A DNA stretch of 64,000 nt, taken from Lepidodermella squamata (Eukaryota > Animalia > Gastrotricha). Numbering within the stretch: the first letter of the stretch is position 1; every line of letters starts with the position of its first letter. The translations under genes were made by a program, and so were the position numbers. The notes under the pieces were generated by a model. That model made no database searches, had not been told where the DNA came from, and saw nothing but the letters and a program-made list of their open reading frames with translations. Below are positions 1 to 12,026 of this stretch, piece by piece. Location: positions 1,364,001 to 1,428,000 of the forward strand of contig JBLDXI010000019.1 of NCBI GenBank assembly GCA_047495785.1, in the 5' to 3' direction.

Positions 1-603
1 AAAGGCCTTGACTTCATCGACAGTGGTGACGGGGGTGGCAGTTCCAGGAACGCACAAAACTCCAGCTTCAATCGCGGATTTCCTAGCCTCGATCTTATCA
101 CCCATACGGTGCAAAACAAGAGGAGGCGGTCCGATGAAAATAATTCCGGCTTGATTGCACGCTTTGGCAAATGCAGCCTGTTCAGACAAGAAGCCATAAC
201 CCGGATGAATAGCGTCAACATTATTTTCAAGGGCAACACGAATCATTTCAGGGATTGATAAGTAAGCGGCGACTGGGGCCAGGTTTTTGCCGACCAAGTA
301 AGCTTCATCAGCTTTGAATCGATGCATGTGCTGAATATCTTGCTCACTGTAAACAGCAACAGTTCGGATTCCCATCTCGGTAGCGGCGCGGAAAACTCGA
401 ATTGCGATTTCGCCGCGATTAGCCACCATGATTTTCTTGATCGGTTTGTAAATCGGCTTGAAGTGTTCATATTCGGCGAGCGGATTCAGCGTAACGCCGC
501 TGTTGAACGCCGGTGAACGAGAGGCGAATAGGCGCCGAGAAATAGTTGACGCCAACACCGTGTAATCATGGCACAGCGACGCTGGCTTCCTCAAAATTCT
601 CAT
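1..603 (-). CDS. PC: Pyruvate carboxylase, mitochondrial (5' part; continues off the left edge)
   Basis: Manual translation from ATG 603: [10 protein letters not shown]...(basic, presequence-like)...[66 protein letters not shown], the biotin carboxylase domain with PC-type residues. Not in the ORF track because it is open at the window edge. Confidence 0.93.
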   Translation of the reverse strand, partial: MRILRKPASLCHDYTVLASTISRRLFASRSPAFNSGVTLNPLAEYEHFKPIYKPIKKIMVANRGEIAIRVFRAATEMGIRTVAVYSEQDIQHMHRFKADEAYLVGKNLAPVAAYLSIPEMIRVALENNVDAIHPGYGFLSEQAAFAKACNQAGIIFIGPPPLVLHRMGDKIEARKSAIEAGVLCVPGTATPVTTVDEVKAF

Positions 604-1331
604 TTTGTGTTAGCAATCACTACTCGATCATAACCAACTAAAATATCGAAAGCAGAAAGCAACACAGCTAAAGGGAAAAGTTACTGCTCCTATTTGGCTA
701 AAGCATAAAAAACACATGGTTCGAAGGTCGTATTTACTTAGGCTGTTAGTTGCTGCATTACGACACGCGATTTTTTCATTGAGGCGCATGTGCAGTTTGA
801 ACTACAAAAAGCATGCTGCTAGTTTCAATACGTTTGGCCGAAACGCGGGCAAAAAAAACAAGCTGGCCATGCAGGGGTCGGTAAAACACTAAACACGCGC
901 ATAAAATACCTACGACATATGAAAATAAACCGCAATTGAACCTCAAATAAGTCATGTCGTCGTCATTTTATTCTCGGCATTCTTCCTGAGTGATAGCGAG
1001 GATAATAAATAGTACAATGTTCAATTTCCTTCTAATCAATACTTGTCGCGACTGACAGCCTCTGATTAGACAAATATAATATAGAAAAAACGGCGGTTGT
1101 AAATCATTAATACCACACACTGGAAATTTGGAATCGGCATACATTAAGACGAATAAATGACAAGCAAAATTTATCGACTCTTCACCATCCCTGTTTGACT
1201 ATAACAACCATAAGCAAGACCGCCAAAATCAAATTTTAAAGAGATAAAATGACAAGTAGTTTCTCCGAGATAAATGAGAGCGAAAATAGTAAAACAACAT
1301 TAGCAACGATTGTAGCATTTAGTTCGTTTTT

Positions 1332-2873
1332 TCATATTCCAGGAAGCTTCAGATTGGTTAGCGCTTGTGGTAGTTCAGGTAGCTTGAAGTCGCGAATTTT
1401 CTGGCCAATGTTGAGGTCTTTCACGGCGCCGATGGCTTTCGCAGGTGCAGCGGAGATACCAGCCTAAAAAGTACGTGCAAGGTGATTTTAGTTGTTAAAA
1501 GCAATCGAAGGCATGTTAGTGCAGTGGTTAGCTCTCACTACAAGCAAATTAATTTTTAGATTAAAGGGTTATGATGCCGTAAAATTTGACAACCAGAGAC
1601 ACTAATCCTTTCCATTTATTTTCCTCATCAAAGTCGCAAAAATAAAAAACATTCGTGCGAAAGATGAAAGGAAGCACGCCATATTTTCGTTAAGGGAATT
1701 CGTTATGGATAACAGCCTATGTATATCATTTGTGTACTAACGCATGCCTCAAGTTGCTAAAGCAACGAATGAGCAGTTAACGTGAGATAATGTTGTTTTC
1801 AGCAGCAGCGGCATCAGCAGGTTAACAAACAAAACAAGTTAAAACGGAGCTTTTTCTGCCCTTGCGTTGGGCATTACTCGCGACCACCGTTACGCTATAA
1901 AACCAGTGACTCGAGCGGATCGGCTCAATGAAAGCATTGCAGCTTGTAGAGGGCTCTAAAACGATACATGAGACAGACTCGTACATAAAATTTTGCATCC
2001 AAATCGCTAAGAATGTACAAATCTAAGAGTAACGATGCTTTCATTGCACTAGCTAGGAATATATTCATGAATAAGTCACGCAGCTCAAGGGTAACACTCT
2101 TATTAGTTTTAGTCAACACTCTCTTACCTCCTAATTTCGCATAATTTAAATAATGAAGGTTCATAAACCATACAGATATCATCTAAAAAAAATAGACAAA
2201 CCTCCTTCTTCTCCAGATGGTCATGTTCATGAATTCGAGCAATAATTTCGGCCATATTGGTTTCTAGCACCATCCCGCCTTGAACAATTTCAGCCAAAAT
2301 GAAGTGGACCTACAGAAATATTTATCAGAGGGCAACTAATAGAAAATGACGACTTACTCGATCAGCATGGAAAATTAAATCCAGTTCACAGACATTTTCG
2401 AAACAGCGGTCAAGAGTTTCGACGAATACCTGAGAAAATGTATTCATTCAATTTTCATTGAGTTGGAAGACCGACTTGAACTTACTTGAATTAGATCCAA
2501 AATACCCAACTCACTTTCAGAGGAATCACAGCAAAATACGAAGTAAAGGGTGGCATAATGACGATAAATGAGCTTGTAGTCACCTTGACCTAACAAGCTA
2601 TCAAAATCGAAGCTGAGATAAGCAATAAACTGAAATGTTCGCGTCAACAACTTACGTGCTACCTTCAAGGAAATTACAGACATTGTCGTCTCTTTTTGAC
2701 ACCAGATGAAATACTTCCCGAATAATTTGTTGTTGCACATCCTCAGGCTGTTATAGAATGATGATTATTATACGAATCTAATACTGCAATACCAGCCGAC
2801 TTACGAAATATTGATAGAACTTTATGAGGCGCGGCTTGCCATGGTTGTTGAAAACAATTACACTCTTAATCAT
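1332..2873 (-). CDS. AP3S1: AP-3 complex subunit sigma, 6 exons (about 2873-2805, 2747-2656, 2598-2487, 2429-2358, 2309-2202, 1463-1332)
   Basis: Spliced product MIKSVIVFNNHGKPRLIKFY..EVFHLVSKRDDNVCNFLEG..YKLIYRHYATLYFVFCCDSSESELGILDLIQVFVETLDRCFENVCELDLIFH..GGMVLETNM..AGISAAPAKAIGAVK; GT-AG junctions present. Confidence 0.93.
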
Positions 2874-3211
2874 GATAAATAAGTTACTATTGTTTTGTAA
2901 TAGAAAGAAACAGTTGATTTCACGACCATTTATCAATAAAACTTTTTTCAACAGAAATGACGACTATTTAGCGCGAATACCAGCATAAAAGCAATAGTTG
3001 TGATTAGTCCCAAATAGAAGACTCTGAATGCTTACTTTGTAAGCGAAATGCTTTACTAGAGCAGGAAATGGGAATAGACACGAACATTTAGACACATATA
3101 AAAATCATCTCCACGTAAAAATAAGATTAATCAGCAATTTACGAAACAAATATTTGCATTTCTGTCGCGGAATAGAATATTCATTGAAGGCTGGAAAATA
3201 AATTGCGGAGT

Positions 3212-4151
3212 TCAGGAGTTCATTTCGAGCAAGGCGTTGATTGCGGCTTGGACATTACCACCCTGAGCTTCAAGCACTGATTGAACGACATCTGCCTCCA
3301 TGTTAGGAAACATTTCCTTCACTTGTTTCAAATCATCATCTGAATACATAGGCGCTTGAACGGTTTCAGGAACAGCGCCGCCCTGAACTACAGCTCCAGC
3401 GGGCATCGGTGGGTAATAGCCAGGCATGTAACCGGGAATATAGCCTGGTGGTATCATCATTCGAGGTTGCTGCGGCATTTGTGCGTTGTTGTGAAGCGTG
3501 AATGTCAATTGCACAGAACCCTCTGTTCCGTTTTCGCCGCTTTTACCGGACAGAGGAAACCAGTCGTCGACCATACTGCCTTCATAAACGGCGGGCGGGA
3601 TGTCAACATGGGCCCACGCAACGCGTTCGTCCTCGCCAAATGACTTCTCATCAAAAATTTCGACATCAAGCTTATCGCAACCGATCGGAAGGTAGCATTG
3701 AATGGTCTTGTTCCAAATCGGATTTTTCCCGCCAGCATGCGCGGTTGGCGTTTCGAATACCTGGTGGCCTAGTCGAATTCTACAATAAGGATCCATTTTG
3801 AACATCATCGAGTAATTTTTGACCAATTTTGCTTGAACGACTGACAAAATTAATCGACCAACGCTGCAATAATATTCCAAGTTAATGATCAAGTCATGCA
3901 TAAATAAGTCATATTTACATGTTAGGTGGAGCATAACCCATTGGTTGAGCATACGCCTGATAAGGGGCAATATTCATACGCTGATGAGGGTCATTGCGGC
4001 CGGTCACTGGTAAAGAGGAAGCGTCGGGATGAGGTGGCGATAATCTTAGGAAGTCGTCTGGAAGCGGGCCGACTGTAACACCTTCACGTCGATTCGATGA
4101 ATTTTGCTCATGGGACCTAGCTTCTGCCCCGTTCGGCTCAGAACTAGCCAT
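3212..4151 (-). CDS. TOLLIP: Toll-interacting protein (TBD, C2 and CUE domains), 2 exons
   Basis: GPLPDDFLRL N-terminal motif; C2 domain (GRLILSVVQAKLVKNY..MDPYCRIRLGH); C-terminal CUE (EMFPNMEADVVQSVLEAQGGNVQAAINALL); intron about 3918-3864. Confidence 0.93.
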
Positions 4152-4440
4152 TTCCACGTTATTAAGCTCTAGGTAAAAAATTCAATAGCCAAATTTAATA
4201 CAATTATATTAAAATCTGAAATCATATTGGAACTCTCATATCATATAAAAACTGAGATTACGTCAAACATCAAGGCGTGATTATGCTGCACAACGCCAAA
4301 AGAGCAGTATGAAATTGGCAAAATTGAGTACGAAGAGTGATCAGAAAGAAATCATGACTATATTATAAAATTTCAGCAAAGCCACAACAAACGTGAACTG
4401 CTTTTTGAGCAATCAGAAACAGAGATCAAGTGGAATCAAG

Positions 4441-7400
4441 TCAAGCCTCCGAGTCGCTGACGTCATCAATATTGGCATCTCGAGCAAATCCTTCTTGAAC
4501 CAGGTTTCCCATTCTACGATAACAATTGTTTAGAAAACACAATAGGAATTATTTGATTTCCAACTCACCCTTTTTCCTTCAAAAAATCGAGGAAATCGTG
4601 AAACTGGGCAATTGTTTGTTCAACCTGCTCGAGGGCTTGATCAGGAATGCTGCCAAAATTCGGTGTTGCGGATCCTCGTAACGCGTTCAATTCAGTCATC
4701 AACCGAGAATTTTCCAGCTGCAACAGATTCATCCGCTCTTCAACGCGTCTTCTTGCTTCTATTTCTCTCTTCAATAAAGCACGCAATTTGGATATCTGAT
4801 CAGCATGGTCGTTGTCTGGAATGTTTCGTTCGGCACGGCGCACTGGACTTTGGCTTCGACACCTGGCCGGTGAAGAAGATCGACTTTTCTCATCATTTGA
4901 CGTTGAATCTTGAGCATCTTGAACGAATACTGAGTGGTACTTGCCGCTGTAAATGGGTGGCCGGCCATTGAAAGACAAAGAACGGCCGCCATCTCGATTA
5001 CGAGATTTTTTCCTACTACAATCAGCCCTGGAGAGTAATAAAATCATAGTTCCTATTCATATCGATTCACAGTAATAATTACTTGCAACAGGTATATGCT
5101 CGAACACTGTGATCATTTCTATGCGAGGCTGCAGCGGCGGATGCTGTAACTTCCATTATTTCATTCCCGCCAGGCCCGATAGCAGCTGGACCTTTCTCGC
5201 CGAGCCAACGCCACGAAACCTGGAGCGGGTCTCGAATTCCGGAATTAGCATTTCTCGTCAGCAATTTTTTCAGCTCCTGGAGCAATCGCGCATCGACAAA
5301 TTGGTTTTTCCTGAGATCAATGATAACTAGAGAGCGGTTAAACTGCAACGCTTCAATGAAGCCCAGGGCGCTCGTCGACGTTAAATTGCATTGCTGCATA
5401 TCGATGGCTCGCAGCCAGCGATCGTCCTTCAGTCTTTCGCAAAAAGACAGCGCCGCCCGGTCACTAATAGCGTTTTTACACATGGTTATGCGTCGAAGAC
5501 CCGGCATTCTGCCGAACGACGGCATTCGATAACGAAGCGATTCTGCCCAGGCTGCACTGTGGCGCAATATTGATTGCGACTGAAAAAAAATGAAATCCAA
5601 TTAGTTTTCCAAGCAAAAAACCGCCACAGACGCTGGAATTATACCAAAATTGTATCAGAAATAGCAGTGGCTAAATACGAACAAAATTACGAGCAACACA
5701 CATACACAGGCTGGGTTTTCGATAGGCATGTAATGAAAAAATTCGTAATACTAAATGCTCAATATTCAATTACGCTGCCGAATAACGGGATACAAATAGA
5801 TAAAACTGCGATGCCAAAGCATTTCATTACATCGAATGATGCGCCGTTTGGGCATAAATGCGTTCTTTAGAGGCGCAAGATCGATTATTTAAACGACAAC
5901 ATGGTCAGTAGCCAGAATAAGTAATACACAAATAGTTTTGCGCGACCGAATTTCATATCAAATTTTTTGCAAATATAATTTCAAATTTCCATGGTGGCCT
6001 AGTCCAACATCTCAACCGCCGCCGAGATGTTTGTCAGACGAGGTCAGCCGCGATCTTATTTAGTCACAACTCCTATGGTTATTTTTGATCCGGAAAATGG
6101 AAACTTCACAGTTCCGATTATTGTTATACCACGCCACAGCTCCAATCAATCAATTCATTCAACTGCTTCCTTCACCTTCGTCGTAATTATTTCGACAATA
6201 TGTGGCCTTGTAACGCTGGGAAGTCTGTTTACGATTTGCATTTGGTGCAGAAAGAAAAACACAATATATCCGATGAATAAATGCGAGATGCCGCCATATT
6301 TCAGCGATGCAACAATCGTAGCCAATGATTCAGACAATATCAGCCAAACAACCGAGATTATCGAGAATTTGGAAAGGTAAACATATTTGGAAAAACCCTC
6401 AGAGATTATAACTGAGTTATTTCTACCAGCTGCATGTCAAATGTTCGCAAAGGGGTGCCAAAGCGACCAGTTCATTTTGCACTAAACAAAAGCAAGGTAG
6501 TCACGTATTACAACAGCATGGGGAGAACAGATTCACTGTCAACGTCTTCCGGTAAGGCAAATAATGAAGGTGCAGACCTTAGAAAATGTTACTTTTTTGA
6601 CATAGATCTGGCATCTACATCTATAGACCTCAACCCATATGCCTCGGAATTATCACCCACGTCACAACTTTCAATAGAAATCGCACCACGCCGAGACGAA
6701 ATCGTGAATAAATAATATCCTCAGCTTTAGCTCATTTTCAATATTTATGTTGTGAAATTGCTAGCATACGCTAATTTTAGCGACAATAAATGCTTCTTAC
6801 CTGCACGAGATCGCAGAGTCGGATAGCGCCTTTTTCGCCAAAATCGCAGCAACTAACGTTTAGCCAAAATAGGTCTATTTTATCACGCAAAACTGGTACA
6901 AGAGTGAAAATGCCGTTGTCGCGTAGAGTGCAACCCTCGAAAGAAAGCTGCTGGATGGATTCATTCTCCGAAATACCCTAAGAATACATTTAATTGCAAA
7001 TTAGGTGAATAATATTCGACAGTGACCAACCTGTGATAAAGCGGCGATATCACGTTTTTCAATGGGGAACCCTTGCAGAATGAAACAATGCAGGGCTCTC
7101 GATTTTGAAATGCAACTGGCCAGTCCAGAGCAAAGTCGATGAAGGAGAGCACGGTCAAATATTGGAGGTTGGATATGGGCCTCGCGCTTTTTTGCATCCT
7201 CTAACAAAGGCAAAATTATTGATTGACAAGTCGCTCAATTTATTCTTACCGAAGCGGTAATAGCTCCGAACGGCTATGAATTTAAACGAATGATCGGCGC
7301 CAATCGTATCAATTAGTGGATTCCAATCGAAAACGCTAGAAAAGAATGACACAAGTTCAGGGGTTTTCAGAAATCGGGAATCAAGAGTAAATACCCAATT

Positions 7401-7522
7401 TTGTCGGCATTCAGATCCAGCGAGTGTTCATCAAGGTGCTCCAATACACCCCCAAGGGGTATTGTGTCATATAGCGAGCAATTTTTTTCATATCTTGCTT
7501 TGAAGTTGAGACGAGATTCCAT
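4441..7522 (-). CDS. CEP78: Centrosomal protein of 78 kDa (LRR and coiled coil), about 7 exons, with a 1221-nt intron at 6800-5580
   Basis: MESRLNFKARYEKNCSLYDTIPL..LDLNADKI..DWNPLIDTI; WAESLRYRMP..GLRRITMCKN..DDRWLRAIDMQQCNLT..IIDLRKNQFVD; C-terminal IAQFHDFLDFLKEKG. Confidence 0.88.
6027..6715 (+). CDS. Orphan single-pass membrane protein nested antisense in the CEP78 intron (2-3 exons)
   Basis: ORF 6027-6380 has the TM segment FTFVVIISTICGLVTLGSLFTICIWC followed by RKK; donor GAAAG|gtaaac and acceptor taccag| join it in frame to ORF 6434-6715. Confidence 0.6.
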
Positions 7523-7715
7523 GAAAAAATAACCTACTCATTAAAAATCGTACGGTTAAACAGCAATTTTAAAATGAGAATCAAAGAATAGGAGAACAAC
7601 TAAAAGGTATCACATATAAATGTATCACAGATCAGGATCAACGGAGTGATTATCAAAATGCAGGAAGGAATCAAATGAAGTCAAAGTTAATGAGCCTTCT
7701 GGCTTATTTGGAAAT

Positions 7716-8742
7716 TCACTGAAAAGGCGGATTTGAAGACACCTGTTTTGCTGAACGTTTCGGCGGACCGCGATAAACTTTTGATTGTTTCTGTCGCTCC
7801 TGATAGCGACGTTCGTAGTAATCAAGCTCACTTTCCCCTGGCTGCCTCATTTGCGACATCATTTCAGCCAGCTCTCTATCATTTTTCAAATCGAGCTGCA
7901 ACTGCTTGTCACCAGGAGAATCTTCCAGTGCAAGCTTTTTATATTCATGAATAGATCGAACATTAGCTCTCAAAAATGGGTGATCGTTCGCCGTTATTGG
8001 AGCATTTAGTACTTCGGGAGGTGGAGCTCCGATTCCACTTGGGTCCATTCTCATGTAACCAGCAGCCAAAGAGCTAGAGTACATACATTTTAAGCTTTTG
8101 ATAATACAGGTGATCAATATGTTACCTAAATCCGGTTATTCCACCCATAGCTTGATAGGGCGTATCTCTTCCAACAGGCTTTCCTTGAGCCATGCGTTCT
8201 TCTTTCGTTTCAACCACCATGGAATGTTGGTGCGCGGGAAGCCCGCAATCACACGTGTAACCAGTTCGAAATCCGGCACACCGGCATCCACTTTTCCGGC
8301 ACAAACAAGGCAGTTGCTCGCTATGATCTTCCGGGAAATGTTTGCAGGAGCAGCGAACAGGAGTGCCACCGTTCATCGGAACATAATGAAAAGAGGCGCA
8401 TTTGCAATTAGCGGCCTTGCAAGGAAGCAAGATTGGTCGCTCATTAGGCAGCTCTTTGAAGTCCGTTTTGTGTTGCTTGTAACGGTGACCACAAAAACAT
8501 GGCGTTTCCGGACCAATTAGCTTGCAGTCCATGCCTGATGGAGATGTCCACGATACAAAAAGGCGATTAGCCATTCGTTGAGGCAGTACATTTTTCCTGT
8601 AATTTTCATACTGTTCGGGAGTAAAAGGAACCCCGCCATCGTCATCCCCAACAATTCTCCTATATTCCAAATACGCATCGACATCAGCTGCGGCATTAGG
8701 CGCCATTTTTAAATGCAAGCCGTTCGCCTCAGTTCGCTCCAT
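7716..8742 (-). CDS. FAM221A: FAM221A (DUF4475) Cys/His-rich protein, 2 exons
   Basis: VDAYLEYRRIVGDDDGG..LIGPETPCFCGHRYKQHKTD..YQAMGGITGF|SSLAAGYMRMDPSGIG. Confidence 0.92.
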
Positions 8743-8863
8743 ATTAACAATAAATTATACCTAATAAAGAGAAATTGAATTAAAAACGGCATTTATCTAA
8801 AGTCTCGCTTGCAGCCTTTCAACAAATAGACCAATTTTAATTGAAGCTATAATAAAATATGCC

Positions 8864-9703
8864 CTATTCGCCCTTCGAAGACCGTTTCCGCTTCGATTTG
8901 GTTTCATGAGCAGTTTCCTCAATGATGACATCCTCTTCAACATCCTCCACCAACGACTTCCTCTTCTTTTTCTTCTTAGTCTCGACCGGTTCTTCCACCA
9001 GTTCAGGTTCCACTTCATTGGCATCCTCCTCCAATTTTTCTGCCTTGGATTTCTTCTTTTTCTTCTTTTTATCTTTCTCAATAACCGCTTCGCTCGCATC
9101 CTCTTCTTCGGCATCACAGCGTGCCTTTGATTTGCGCCTGCGTTTCTCGCCACTTTCGTCTTCCTCGCACGCTTCCTCAACGGTTTCCCTCGGAATCATA
9201 GATTTGGAAGACATTTTATTCCGGAAATATTCGGAAATTGAGCGAGATGCAGATTCTTCTGATGGTTTGTCATTCGCAGTAATAATCACTTCGCTGATAC
9301 GATGAGCAACATCTTTTGCGGCAACCATGCGGCGGTAATGAAATCGAGTCGATCTCTCTTTTGAGGCTTCTAATAGACTGAACTTTGGCAACGGAGCCTC
9401 GCTAGATCCAGCCGAATCGGAATTGGTCTTAAGAGATGCCAAAACATCATCTAAGGCACTGGCAACGGATACGAGATGTTCCCGATCTGTTTTTTGAACA
9501 CAGCCGACCCCAAATGCATCATTTTTCACTGATATCCGGACGGTTTCTTTTTTGCCATCTTCAAATTTGCCAAGTCCACCGCCCTGCCAGCCCATTTTCT
9601 CCATCATCTTCCTTCCGAAGGTATTTTTATCCTCTGCCCATCGTAAGCCATTAGGGTCGTCTGACCATTTGACGCTTCTTTTGCGTTCTGCTAACATCGA
9701 CAT
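8864..9703 (-). CDS. PINX1: PINX1 G-patch protein, intronless, with a Lys/Glu-rich tail
   Basis: MSMLAERKR..WSDDPNG..WAEDKNTFGRKMMEKMGW..GLGK..GVG G-patch; RFHYRRMVAAKD motif. Confidence 0.9.
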   Translation of the reverse strand: MSMLAERKRSVKWSDDPNGLRWAEDKNTFGRKMMEKMGWQGGGLGKFEDGKKETVRISVKNDAFGVGCVQKTDREHLVSVASALDDVLASLKTNSDSAGSSEAPLPKFSLLEASKERSTRFHYRRMVAAKDVAHRISEVIITANDKPSEESASRSISEYFRNKMSSKSMIPRETVEEACEEDESGEKRRRKSKARCDAEEEDASEAVIEKDKKKKKKKSKAEKLEEDANEVEPELVEEPVETKKKKKRKSLVEDVEEDVIIEETAHETKSKRKRSSKGE

Positions 9704-11613
9704 TTTGAATATTAACAGCGAATGACTAAAAATGCGTTTAGATTACAATTAGAAATTGTAATGACCATACCATCGACTGAAAAGTTACAAAATTGATTAA
9801 AACTTTCTACATTAGGATGGGGATATATTTAAAAACTAAATGCCGCATCCGACACGCTAGCCAAAATATGCCCATTGTTTGGCAGGACAGATTACATAGA
9901 ATACGGAATTGGAAAAAGAAACCTTCCGAGACTGCTCCCAGGCCGGTAAAAACTTCCATATCACATCTATAGGCTAAAGCTAATTATAAAACGCGCACGT
10001 CTCGCCAGGCACGTAAGTGAAAAGATCCCCTCTGTTACGCAGAAACTTAATTGTCAGTCAAGCGGTATTCAATAAGTTAAGTGCCTGCTGCCTGCTTGCC
10101 CAAGGAAAAAAATTGAATTATGGGCGGAAAAAAGTTTGGGGCACTTCGCCAATCCTTTGACAACAGTTGATAGTTAAGGCTCGAGATAACTGTTTAAACT
10201 GTAAGATAGACGTTAAAAGAAAGTATACGTACTTTACGCTGGTCGCTACTGAGAATTCAAGGGGAATTCCTAATGCCTAATGATTCCTATACACTAATAA
10301 GATAAATTACGCGCTAAATGAGTTTTTCTGTCATTCCCCTTCATCCATTTGCATGACAGAATGTAGAGTAGAATGTACGCATACCTTCGCAGGTAGCCCT
10401 CGCCCAGTCAATCTTAAAGATTCCAACTACTAGGTACTCGGAAAACCAGGCTACTAACAACCCGAGGTATTCAGTGTAGTATTCAGTGTTCTCGGCCCCT
10501 AAACGGAGAAACGGCACCTCTCTCAAACATTACGGCGATTTTGCGATGAATCAATTTCCCTATTTTTCTTCATTCTACCTTCAAAAAATAAAATTAACAT
10601 AAGTTGTCAATCGTTTGCTAAGATGCTAAAATGATAAAATTTCCGAGATCATGATTTATTTTTTTTTTGGAAATAATTGTTTGAAAATGGGGCGCAATTA
10701 ATCGCGAAAGTGTCATCAAAATAAAAAAACTTGTTAATGAATGACTTTGATTATGATGAATGATGGTTATAATGATTAAGACTCAGTCACTTGAAAATCA
10801 GCAGCTGGAATGTGTCTGTTTCTTTTTTTTTACTTTTTTGACAAAAATAATGAAGTGTGGCGTTTTTTGCTTATCGTCATTGACAGCTTCTAATTCCCGA
10901 ATTCATTTTGTTTACTTCCGTCATTTTGCCACTAAGTAAAAGAGCTAAGGTGAATTTTCTTAATTGTGTGCCCCATTTGATTGTTTAAAGACTCTCCTTT
11001 GTCAAATAATTTGCTTGTTTGGTCCGGGGAGACCTGAGTTGCCGCGTGACAGGAAGCAGGAAGTTATTGATGTATTAGTGCCTCTACCACTATCTGCTGA
11101 AGCTAGTGGGAAGTCTTCTGGCATCCCTTTGCAAACCTACTAGTCCCCAATTCTAAGCTGCGAAATTGCTCACATCCTATATCCTACCTACTACTGCCTA
11201 CTATAATCTATAATACATCTTTCGTTAATTGGGAGCAATACTTAATTTGTAATCTGTAAATTTGGAGGGTACCTGGTTTATCTTATAAGGCCCTCGGCCC
11301 TAAGCTCTGTATAGCCCTCAAGCATCTCCGATAGGCACTTCTTTTTACCTGTTATTCTTGGTTCTGCTTTCATTCTCGAGCTTTCATTCAAAATCTCACC
11401 AGAATAAGTAATTAGTGGCAGGCTAGTAAAGTAGTTGTCTACTCCCGTTGAAATATTAGCTACTAATTAACGTCTGAAGCCTCTGTTCTGAACGTCTGTC
11501 AACTTCGGTTCATGGGTCGTGCATTTGATGATTTTCTGGCAGTATGGTTAATCCAAGTTCGTAAAGCAATACGTAATATTTTAACCTATTGTTTTTTAGG
11601 AGAACAGTTTTCA

Positions 11614-11940
11614 ATGTCTTCCGACTCCGAAGTAATCTACGAGGTTTCACTTGTTATCGATGACGAAATTTTCTCAAAATACATGGCCTGGCTGCGTGAT
11701 CACGTTGCCGAAATTGTCGCTCTCGAGGAGTTTTTAAGTGGTGAAATTCTGGAGCCACTGGAAGGAATGATTGAATCTGGAAAGCACTCAATTAATGTTC
11801 GCTATCGCGCCAAAAATGCCGACTCTTTAAAGAGTTACTTTGATAATCATGCCGCAAAATTCAGGGCCGATGGGCTAGCGAAGTTTCCATCTGGGTTCAC
11901 CGCCACACGCTCTTCTTGGCGAGTAGTGCATACATTTTAG
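11614..11940 (+). CDS. DUF4286-family small protein (bacterial-type), intronless CDS
   Basis: VIYEVSLVIDDEIFSKYMAWLRDHVAEIVAL..VRYR..LKSYFDNHAAKFRADGLAKF..FTATR matches the recalled DUF4286 consensus; probable 5'-UTR intron 11542-11599 (gtatgg..ttttag). Confidence 0.75.
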   Translation: MSSDSEVIYEVSLVIDDEIFSKYMAWLRDHVAEIVALEEFLSGEILEPLEGMIESGKHSINVRYRAKNADSLKSYFDNHAAKFRADGLAKFPSGFTATRSSWRVVHTF

Positions 11941-12026
11941 ATACCTTGAGACCTTGAATTGAATTATTCTATTTAACTATAAAATGCTAAATTCTCTAAT
12001 GTCCTACCCTTTAGATACATTATAAT

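Noticed and set aside
1-603. Propionyl-CoA or methylcrotonyl-CoA carboxylase alpha as the identity of the first gene
   Set aside because: [14 protein letters not shown] and [10 protein letters not shown] are pyruvate-carboxylase-type residues
1845-1875. U-run plus TGCCC-loop-GGGCA hairpin resembling an Sm site and stem of an snRNA or SL RNA
   Set aside because: The Sm consensus is imperfect and no other snRNA or SL features are recognisable
8797-9305. Overlapping Lys/Arg-rich and Ser/Phe-rich ORFs
   Set aside because: Alternative-frame and antisense shadows of the low-complexity PINX1 tail
10466-10500. GTGTAGTAT..TGTTCT resembling the U2 snRNA branch-recognition region
   Set aside because: It arises from a short tandem duplication (GTATTCAGTGT twice); the U2 5' stem and Sm site are absent
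9720-11500. Possible structured ncRNA (e.g. telomerase RNA next to PINX1, or RNase P/MRP) in the long divergent gap
   Set aside because: Only short hairpins; no CTAACCCTAA-type template and no convincing P4 motifs
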